From Octopus bimaculoides (taxonomy: Eukaryota), in assembly GCF_001194135.2 (NCBI RefSeq), contig NC_068991.1:47586724-47650723 (forward strand): DNA of 64,000 nucleotides. The letters are read 5' to 3'. Position 1 is the stretch's first letter, and every line of letters starts with the position of its first letter. The notes under the pieces are model-generated. The model searched no databases and was not told where the DNA came from. It saw only the letters and a list, made by a program, of their open reading frames with translations. Positions 46,911 to 57,900 of this stretch are shown here, one piece after another. The position numbers were made by a program, and so were the translations under genes.

Positions 46911-47039
46911 TTCTAAACAAAAGCATAGAGTGAAGAAAAAACAATAGATAAAATAATATAAATCAATAAAACGATCCTACTTTAAATGGTAATATTAACA
47001 AAAAGGGGCAAAAAAAAAACAACGGAATTCTTGTCAAAA

Positions 47040-47260
47040 CTTGAATGAACAAAAACAACTGCCGCAAAAGCGTCCACAGTAACAACGCATGCGCACTTTG
47101 TCAGCTGGTCCGAAGTTGACTTCGGTCAATTATTTGAATTTATTTGTGGTGTGTGTTGCATGCTTGTCTGTGTCAGTGCTCGTTTTTTTCTTTCTTTTTT
47201 TTTTCTATTTTAAATCGGTAGAAGTTGCGCCCACGCGCGAAACACTCGGTCCTTTATTCA
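47040..47260. promoter_or_regulatory. CpG-retaining probable MDM1 promoter/5' region
   Basis: Local CpG cluster (gcatgcgcac, gcgcccacgcgcga) just upstream of the first coding exon, in an otherwise CpG-depleted window. Confidence 0.45.
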
Positions 47261-47381
47261 CTTTGTAACTTCAACGATTATTAATAAGAAACATATTTGC
47301 TCATGTTTTTTGAGTTCTATTTTCTTGTTTACAACACCAAGCCTATGTGTTATATATGTCGGTATGTTCGACATTGTATCC

Positions 47382-47429
<48 letters not shown>

Positions 47430-48052
47430 TGGGGAAGCTGAGAAAAAAGTATAGAGAAATTAAGTTGACAAAAAAAGGAGATGAAGAGGAATAAGAGAGG
47501 AAAAGGAATAGAGAGATAAGATCGGAGCACCTGTTCTGCTAATGAACTTGAGATAGTGGTATGGGGAGGGTTTTGGTCATCTTACGGAGTCAAAACCTAT
47601 GCTACGCCCTTCCTTAAACTTGACATACCCTCTATGAAAACAAACATACATATGTAAAGTCACTGCACTGTGTAGCATACACACTCCGAGCTGGACAGAC
47701 AAGTTAATGGATGGATTAGTGAATAAACAGATAAATACAGAGAGGCACAAAGAGGCTGAGTATAGTTGTAATTGTGGTGTAGCAACAAATCAGTACGTTT
47801 GTGCATCGTTCTGCTTTCTTTGCTGTCTTCTGTGTATGCTGTGCAGCACTGGATTAACCATAAAGCAAAATAATCATGTGCTTAGGGCATCAAGGAAAGT
47901 GGTGTAGCACAGAAATAGTAAACGGTTTATGACACAAAAGATTTCCCTTTAAAATAATACTTGGGATGCCTTATCTCTACTAAGTATAGAAGCAGATGTG
48001 TTACATAAGATTGATTTTGAGGATCTAATCAAAGACTTTGCAAGTAAAAAAG

Positions 48053-48455
48053 TACTCTTTTACTCTTGTACTCTTTTACTTGTTTCAGTCATTTGACTGT
48101 CGCCATGCTGGAGCACAGCCTTTAGTTGAGCAAGGACTTATTCTTTGGATGCCTAGTACTTATTCTATTGGGCTCTTTTGCCAAACCGCTAAGTTACAGG
48201 GGACGTAATCACACCACCATCGGTTGTCAAGCGATGTTGGGGGGACAAACACAGACACAAACATATACACAACCATACACACATATATATATATACATAT
48301 ATATGACATGCTTCTTTCAGTTTCCGTCTACCAAATCCACTCACAAGGCTTTGGTCGGCCCGAGACTATAGTAGAAGACACTTGCCCAAGGTGCCATGCA
48401 GTAGGAATGAACCCGGAACCATGTGGTTGGTTAGCAAGCTACTTACCACACAGCC
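48053..48455 (-). mobile_element. SINE family A copy
   Basis: High identity to the other copies. Confidence 0.9.
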
Positions 48456-49028
48456 ACCAAATATAAATAAAGTGAAAATATATAAAAATGCATATTATTT
48501 TACATTTTGCTGTTTTGTTGCATTTTGAAAAATAAAAATTGATTTTTATGGTTTATTATTGTTAATATTTTGAATTACAAATATATGGGGGCAGCAAAAT
48601 CTTTCAAGTGCTTAGGGCCTTTGTGGGTCTTAATCCAAACCTGATGTTGTGTATATTGTGGAGGTGTTATATGAAATTACAAGTATTGTGTGTGTGTGAT
48701 ATTTATATTGTCTACTGTGTTTGTTGGTATTTGTTCCAACTCCCTACACACTGAGTTCAAATTCCAAAGTCAACTTTGACTTCCATGATTTTGGCATTGA
48801 TAAAAGTTCACCAATACAAGGTGATGGATTGGGAGAACCATTAAAAGCATGGGGTAGGATGCCTTGCACTATCTGTGCAAGCACTTTGTAGCATGACAGT
48901 AACTTCTGTACCAAAACTGGTGACTAAAAGACATCAGCCCTTCTTTTGGACAACAATTTTTTACAAGCTAGAGTGGATCATATATCTGCAGGTGTAGATA
49001 TGTGGTCTGCCCTAATCTGTGGGGGTTT

Positions 49029-49067
<39 letters not shown>

Positions 49068-51172
49068 ACTTGCAACCTTTATCCACTCACCTTTCATCTT
49101 ATCTCTAATCATTCTCTCATCTACTGTGCTATTCTTATTCTTATTTCTTTATTGCCTACAAGGGGCTAAACATAGAGGGGACAAACAAGGACAGACAATG
49201 GGATTAAGTTGATTACATCGACCCCAGTGCATAACTGGTACTTAATTTATCGACCCCAAAAGGATGGAAAGCAAAGTCGACCTCGGCGGAATTTGAACTC
49301 AGAATGTAACGGCAGACGAAATACCGCTAAGCATTTCGCCCGGCATGCAAATGTTTCTGCCAGCTCACTGCCTTATCATTATTCTATAATTATGCTATTA
49401 TTATTCTGCTGGTCTACACCCATTCTGTACTACTAGTCACCATCTCTCCTCCACACTCCCTCTAACTCATGTTTATCATCGACTACCTCTCTACCCTCAT
49501 TACTATATTCACCCCAAACCCACCTCTAACCATCTCACATTATTGCAACCTCTACTCAAGCACCCTTCCCAATTTTCTGTTCTTACTCTCTCTTCTCTTT
49601 ACATTCCTGTGCTTTCAGGATATACTCTGACACCTTGTCACTGCCATCTTTATCTCTCTTTCCAGCTCCACCATAATTATTCCCAAACACCCCTATATAA
49701 TGCAACGTTGTCATGTATCTCCTCTACTACAACAAAAACCTGTTCCTGTCCCTTCTGTCATACCTTAACTTCTCATCACCTAGTACAAACCCACCTCTGC
49801 TATATTCTCACTCAGTTAAGGAAGTTCTTTGGACTTGTGAGTTATATGGTGACCGCCTTAAAGCTGGTGCTATGAAGAGGAGAATCTCGTAAACTCTGTA
49901 AAGAGGTTGATGCTGGAAGGGTATCCAGCCATAAAAATCATGCCACAACAGATGAGACAAGTGCTGTCTGACTTGTTGGATTCTGGGGAACCATCCCATC
50001 CACACCTGCTTAGAAGATGGTCATTAAATGATGATATATATATCAGTGAAAGAGACCAATATTTCGAAAATTTATTGAGATCTTTGTGCTAGGGCAGAGC
50101 TTATCAGAGTCTCAAGCCATAGTTTTACCCTTGTCATCACAGATTGCTCTAATTCTTCCTATATAGATGGAATTTGTTGTAGTAGATTTTTTATGGCTAG
50201 ATGCCTTTCACTAATATATATTTTTTAACAAGCTAACTAGCTAATCATAACTCCAGTTCCTGTACTGGCACTGATTTTCTATATATCACTAGCAGAGAGA
50301 TGAGTTGCTGCTATCCTTAGCAGTTGAGTGTTCATTGCCGATGAGATCAAAGAAAATCAAAATCATGTGATCTGGTGGTCTCAGCACTGGAGTTGGTGTG
50401 GAGTTATCTCCCCACTGGGGGTGCATTCTCCACCAAAAGCCTATATGAGAGTTTCTCTCATGGTAAACACCACAGAAAAGTTTGTTCTAACAGAACATCC
50501 ATGTGAGAATAAATATTACTTCTGAGTACTAATACTGCCTCTGTTGCTAATATATGTATGTATGTATGTATATACATATGTACGTAAATGTATGTGTGTG
50601 TACATATGTATGTATGTACATATTTATATTTTATACATACATAGGTGCAGGACAGCTGTGTGGTAAGAAGTTTACTTCCTAACCACATGGTTCTGGCTTA
50701 AACTTACAGTGCCCTGGGAGGATAGAAAACCAAATATCAGGATTTGGTTGACAAGGCACTTTTCAAGGAATGGCACATGGCCTCATTCCCAATTAAATTT
50801 GGCTGCCATGCTAGATCAGTGTGCTATTTTCTGCAGAAAATTGGTTACGAGTCCAGACAATTGTAAAAAGCTACCAAGGAAATAGGCATGGTAGCTAAAA
50901 CAGCTAAAGATGACTATGGTTCAGAAGAGACTACATATGAACAGGGGACAGCTAATTCACTCCTCATTGCTCCATGCATGTGAGGTATACAGGCTAAGTG
51001 ACAAAATACATGTGACATTGAGATGCCAGCTGATGATATGGAAGTGTTTCCAAGATGGCAATGAAGATCTTGCAACACCAATGAATAGCTCCTGTAGTTT
51101 CAGCATGTGGCAAAGTATCTGGTATCTATTTCACCAATATGCTTGCACCACACACACACACATGTATATACA

Positions 51173-51930
51173 CAGTTTATGAGGTTACCCTGGGTTTTCT
51201 TGCTTATAAGGGGTTTAACTTTATAGCATATCTTCAGACCCCAAACACTGCTGGCCTGAGACCTCTTTAAAATATAGAGGGGAAAAGGTCTCATTTTTAA
51301 GTGTAAAACCCTAGGTGATTATCTCCCGTTGCCATTGTCCATCGATTTTCAGCCACGCTGCCATCTTGCAGTTATCAGTCCTCCTTCAGAGACCTGGAAA
51401 GGAGATACGTGACATTGCTAGCCAGTCATATTTGGCAGTTAAGAGACAAAGAGATTCCGTACTTGATTGCATGGAAAATACTTGAGAACCCAGGCCCCTA
51501 CATCAGTGGGACAAAATAGTGCAAGTTATGCATTGCCAAACACACAAGGATCCTTAAAGACTTGCTCGTGCCAGAGGGCATCCTGAACTCCAGGACAGAA
51601 ATTTTCAGACCATACCTGCATTTTAGAAAATTCCTGCTGGCTTTTTGGAATCCACATGGCAGCACCGCATCTGGAAACCAATAGCCAATGCCAAAGGGAG
51701 ACAATCATTTACTTTCGTGGTGCCTTGGTGGACTGCAAGACGGCAGTGCAGCTGAAGATCGATGGACAATGGCGAAGGGAGATAATCACCTAGGGTTTTA
51801 CCCTTAAAAACGAGGCCTTTCCTCCTCCATATTTTAAAGAGGTTTCAGGCCAGCAGTGTTAGGGATCTGAAGATACACGATAAGGCTAAACCCTTCATGA
51901 GCAAGAAACCCATGGTAACCCCATAAACTG
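51173..51930. mobile_element. Foldback/MITE with about 200 bp TIRs starting CAGTTTATG
   Basis: 51173-51370 is the reverse complement of 51730-51930; no TSD visible. Confidence 0.8.
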
Positions 51931-52715
51931 GCCTACTCCAATACAATATAATATTAACTGCTCTACATTTTAGAGTGTGCTTCTCTTCCAGATTTCTGTA
52001 TTTCTACAAACGATCCTATGTATGTGCTCTTAGCTTAGTTTTTCCTTGGGGCTGGCCAGATTGGAGCAATATCGAGAATAACCAGCCAAAATTGCAAGGA
52101 TAATCTGGATCTCGATTGAGGAAAGAAAACTCCGAATGACCTGTCCTTGTTTTCTTTGTATCGTCTATCTGGATGTTTTGTCCCTTTCTTGTATCACCTG
52201 TCTGGATGTTTTGTGTTCTTGTCCCATTCTGTCTGTCTGTATGTATGCACGCATGCATGTATCAGAAATAGTTTCTATATTTAGCAAACTCTTCAACCTT
52301 CCTCTCTCAACTGGAAATATGTTAATTAGTCTTCTCGAAAAGGTTTAGTTTGTCTGAATCTACCACTTCCACCATCTCAGAGGAGCAAAAACGGTTGTGG
52401 ACTACCATTTTCTTCATTACTTTCAATCTTTCCTTTGTCATTGGCACCCATTAATTTGACTTTTGTAAAGCCAGGAAGCTACTTTGAGGTATCATCACCA
52501 GCATTTTCGACATCAACAACATTACTGCCACCACTATCACCTTCATCACAGCCCCTACTACATCTTTCAACCCATGCCTCCTAGCTGAGATTAGAAGAGG
52601 TTCCTGACGAGTTCTCGGGTGAAAGAGAATATATATTTGTTCGTCTCATTGTTACACGTGAACATATATACATATGTTGTGTGTCTGTATATCCGTCAAT
52701 ACACATATATATATA

Positions 52716-52785
<70 letters not shown>

Positions 52786-53065
52786 CATACATACACAAAA
52801 CGCTTAGACCCATAGACGAATCGTCAGACTCTAAAATATTGTTAAAGTACATGTAACTTATGATATAAAGTAACAAAAAATATTAAGCCTTATTTTCGTA
52901 TTCGATATAAATTATTGATAATAAATTTTGCAATTTTTTGTTTATATATATTTCATTGTTACAACGCAATTTATAGTTTTCCTTTCAATTTCTCCTTGTG
53001 ATATAATAGTTAAAAAAATATTATTTTCATTTTTTTTCGCCAGAAACCACTCTGCTTCAGCAGAA

Positions 53066-53092
53066 CAAATGGCGGCGAAAACAAGCATTTGA
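53066..53092 (+). promoter_or_regulatory. YY1-like motif (CAAATGGCGGC) overlapping a 7-codon upstream ORF (MAAKTSI*)
   Basis: ATG 53069 to TGA 53092, ending 62 nt before the LSM8 ATG; matches the AANATGGCGGC consensus. Confidence 0.45.
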
Positions 53093-53154
53093 AGAATTGG
53101 TTCAAAGATATCAAGTAAAAAGTCGTTATTTTGTGAACGACAAAGTTTTCAGAA

Positions 53155-53185
53155 ATGGCTTCAGCTCTGGAAAATTATATTAGTA
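53155..53185 (+). CDS. LSM8: LSM8 exon 1 (MASALENYIS)
   Basis: ATG at 53155; followed by the GTATCCTTT donor. Confidence 0.93.
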
Positions 53186-54879
53186 GTATCCTTTTCATAA
53201 ATATAATCTTGTTACACTCTAATTCGTACTTTGCGTCTTAAAATCAAAATGCTTTTGTTTCTTATGTGTGAATTATAAGCTCACGCCGGTTATTGCAACT
53301 AAGATTTAAAAAAAAATTTAATCTATTTTCAGGTTATTTTACTTGCTTGTTATCAACTCTATTACAAATTCTCATCGAATACTAAAAGCAAGATATATTT
53401 CGTTTTAAAAAATTCATGTATTCAATTGGACCGGTGTTACCTCTATCTATCTATCTATCTATCTATCACACCCTCCTCCGTTATGTACGTTGTGTAACAT
53501 TTATGTTGGGGTTTCGCTCTTTGCTCTCACCTAATCTTATTTTTTGTTTTATATAACTTACCCGCCGTTCTTGTTTTAGAATATTAATGTTTTCAAACAG
53601 GCTGGTTACAAATATGCCAAGGAAACGATGTCAGAACAGCGAAAGACATACAGAGAGCACGATTTATTTTGAAGGGTTTAGAGTTAGGTTTACGGTTAGG
53701 GTTTGCGTTAGGGAATTCCGTCCCTAACCGTAACGGCCGATATTTAGGTAATCGTACCGAAAGATCGCCGGAGTTTACAACTGCTTGTGAGACAACGGCA
53801 TTTAGTGAGCTAAACCAACTCTTATTTTATACAATGTTCATTAGGGAAAATACTCATAGTAGGCAGTGACATTTAAGGAAGCTAGGTTATCACGCGCGTT
53901 GCTGTTCAGGGGGTTTAACCTTCATTCTTGAAATGATTTTTTTAGGGAGCTTAGCAAACAATCTTTCGTTTCATTTTTTAATGGTCACTTTTCCATGGTT
54001 GCTTGGGTCGGACGGAATTCTTCCAGGTAGATTTTTTTTTATAATCGGATGCCCTTCCTGTCGCGCATCTTCACCTGTTTCCTAGCAACGTAATATTTTC
54101 CCTTGTCCAGATACGTTTTCATGAAAGATTGGAAATGAACCACACCACTTGTATGATGGTGACACTCGTTTACAATTATGCAATGTCAGGACAAGGAAAC
54201 AACCCACTCACACACGCACACACACACACACATACATACATGTGATGAGATTCTTTTACTTTCCTTCTACTCACAAGGCTTTGATCAGCTCAGGGTTGTG
54301 GCAGGAGACATTTGCTCAGGTCCTGCATTGTGAACCCAGAACCATTTCGTTAGAAAACAAATGTCTTAGCTACACAGCCATGCTTGAACTTAGATAATGG
54401 CGCTTAGAAATCTAGGTAAACTTAGCCCGAAATCAAGATTAGGATTGAGACTAGGGGAGCATGATATATAAAGTCTGTTGTCATGATGGAGGATTTACTA
54501 GTTATTTTTTAGACAATGATGTTTAGAGAACATTCTAAGTATCTCCAATTAACACCATCAAAATATCTTTGAGGTTGTTGCACTGACATGCTATGATCAC
54601 TCATAGCTTTGTTATTGTCAATAATGTGGTTCACTTACTCTTTTACTTGTTTCAGTCATTTGACTGTGGCCATGATGGAGCACTGCCTTTGGTTGAGCAA
54701 ATCGACCCCAGGACTTATTCTTTGGAAGCCTAGTACTTATTCTATCGGTCTCTTTTGCCGAACCGCTAAGTTACAGGGACGTAAACACATCAGCATCTGT
54801 TGTCAAGCGATGTTAGGGGGACAAACACAGACACACAAACATATACACACACATACATACATATATATAGATGTATATA

Positions 54880-54933
<54 letters not shown>

Positions 54934-57900
54934 TACGACAGGCTTCTTTCAGTTTCCGTCTACCAAATCCACTCACAAGGCTTTGGTCAGCCTAAGGCTA
55001 TAGTAGAAGACACTTGCCCAAGGTGCCACGCAGTGGGACTGAACCCAGAACCATGTGGTTGGTTAGCAAGCTACTTACCACACAGTCACTCCTACACCCA
55101 TAAAAAACAACAACAGATGTTAACTGTTTGATATTAGGGACAGGCATGGCAGTGTGGTTAAGAAGTTCGCTTCTTGACTGCTTCAGATTCAGCTCTACTG
55201 TGTAGCAGCATGGTAAGGGTCTTCTACTATAGCCCCAAGTCTACAAAAGCATTGTGAATGAATTTGGTAGACAGAAACAGAAAAAAGCTGGTTGTGTGTA
55301 TATTTCTCTATCTGTCTACTTTTCTATCAGTCTATGTATGTATGTGGATAATTGTGCTAACATTTGCATTCTGCAAAAATCACTACAAGTGGTGTTGTCA
55401 CTTCTGTCAACAAATCATCCATTCATTTCGTGGCTTTAAGATGAAATAAGAAATCTTACTTGAAAAACAGGTTAGAGTTAGTACTAGGAAGGGCATCTGG
55501 TTGTACAATAACACCTCAGTATTATATTTGTCTAACCCATGGCAGTATGGCAAAATAGATGTCAAAGAAACTAATTTCTATTTATAGATTAACTATTTTG
55601 AAATGTCGCAACTCAAGTGAAACAAAATAACATGGATTTTTGAAAGAAATAGTTTTACTGTAAAAACTCTAAAAGATTATTTGTTTAAAAAAATAGGACT
55701 TTTTGCAAATTCTGAATCTGATGTTCAGACATAAAAATATTTTGAGAACGGTTATAAAATAAAGACATAAGTTATAAATGATTGCATGCTTCAAAACTCA
55801 TATTTATGTAAAGTCTCATGTTTTATTCCTTGACACAATTCTACAAGAAACAGTGTCTATAGTGACTGCTGATGGACGAATCATTGTGGTAAGACAATGT
55901 TTTAATTAAATACACACACACACACACACACTCATGTGTGGGAGTCCATGGTTTGAATTCCCATACTAGTCTTGCAGTGTTTTCTTTGAACACCAGATGA
56001 CAACCCTTGCTGCCCATTACACTTATATGCAGATACAAGTCACTATTGGACACAGCACATAAGTGAAGTTGATTTTTAAAAAAATGATAATGTAGTAAGA
56101 GTTGAGAAAGATTTGACTGCTATTTTTAGCAGGACAAGTGTCTGCATAGAGCTATCCTCATTGGTGGGCTTGTAAGTAGACACTGTAGTGATATTAGGGT
56201 GTTCGGACCATCAAATGAGTGAACTTAGAAGGATCTGTTTGACAAATGGTGATTGAAATTGGATAAAAGCAATTTTATTTCTTAATAATCCTCAATATAT
56301 TTAAAGTGAAAATAACTAATTTTTGTCTTTCTTTTTCTGTTAGGTACATTTTTGTATGCGGGCATAAATTGATCTAATGTTCAGTTTAACATTTTTAGGA
56401 TTGGTAAATAGTTATTGATGAATAACATTTGGTGGGCTAGGTGTTGCTTTCATAATGACCACACTAGCAATAGTATTAGTTCCCATAAGTTTTTATTAAC
56501 CTGGAACATTTGCATTTACATATACACAATAGTTGAATAAATAGAACAGTATAAAAGAGATATTGAATGGAATGAATACAAGTTTTCAATGCATAATACA
56601 CTCAATTATAATATGAAGATAGTTTATATTTATTGAGAACAAATTAAGTAGAAAGACTGAGAATGACGTATCACAAAACTGACTGATATAACATCGAGTA
56701 GCACCACCTCTGTAAGGAAGTAAGTGAGAGACCATCTTCTAGAGCAGAGCAACATGGCCTAATGTATACTTTTGGATTGTTCTGCTTGTGTTCCTATTTG
56801 CCAGCTTTTTATAACCCCAATGGCAGTTCTAAAATGTTTGACCACGGTGTTTGGCAGGTGAAGTCCAGTTCTCTTGGTTACACATCAGCTGATCTGACTG
56901 GAAATATATCATAATTACACAGAAGTTCTAAGCTAGAATTCTGAGCAAAGCAGTTTCAAATCTTGGCAGAGGCATCGCTACAACATATCAATATACATAT
57001 ATATTTTTTAAAACTGAGATTCACAACTCCTTAACCAGCACTCAGTCACAAGAATAGGACACCTTTTTATTAACTGAGGCCATTTTCTGGGTTAGAATTT
57101 GGAAACCTGACTTACAAGTTCAGTGTTAACCACTTACACAGGAAAAATAATTTCATTAGATTTTTTCCATTCCTGGTCATTATTTATTACATTACGTGTG
57201 TTTCCCTTTACTCACGTGAACATATTAATAATGTTTGTTGACAAATTAATCACCATTGTTGTGTCTTGGGAGTGTCAATATACCAACAATAATAATATGC
57301 CCCAAGTTCAGATTTCAAACTAATTAACTAATCAATCATTTGTTTTACCCTTTTGATACCAACCCAGCTGAAACTGCCTCTGGCTCTGTAGTACAAATGT
57401 CTTGTTTTCAAAAGTTTTGAATTAAAATCTTCCACCAAACCTTAGTCACAATTTATGTTCCTAACACTAGCTTAATGATAACTAAATTCATCATCATCAT
57501 CGTTTAACGTCCACTTTCCATGCTAGCATGGGTTGGACGATTTGACTGAGGACTGGTGAACCGGATGGCTACACCAAGCTCCAATCTGATTTGGCAGAGT
57601 TTCTACAGCTGGATGCCCTTCCTAACGCCAACCACTCCGAGAGTGTAGTGAGTGCTTTTACGTGCCACCGGCACGAAGGCCAGTCAGGTGGTACTGGCAA
57701 CGGCCACACTCAAAATGGTGTATTTTATGTGCCACCTGCACAGGAGCCAGTCCAGCGGCACTGGCACGAATTCTTTGTTATATTCAAAATTAATTGAAAG
57801 AAACACAGAGCATCTGACCAGAAATATGGTAACAAAAGATTTAATGTGCTGGTTAAACAATCAGTTGGTTCTTTGTTAATCAAAGTTCTTTTGTCACTGT

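Noticed and set aside
47075-47090. RFX/X-box motif upstream of a ciliary-type gene (GCGTCCACAGTAAC)
   Set aside because: Only the right half-site fits; several mismatches.
52586-52615. CTGACGA...GAAA hammerhead candidate
   Set aside because: No credible stem II or stem I pairing.
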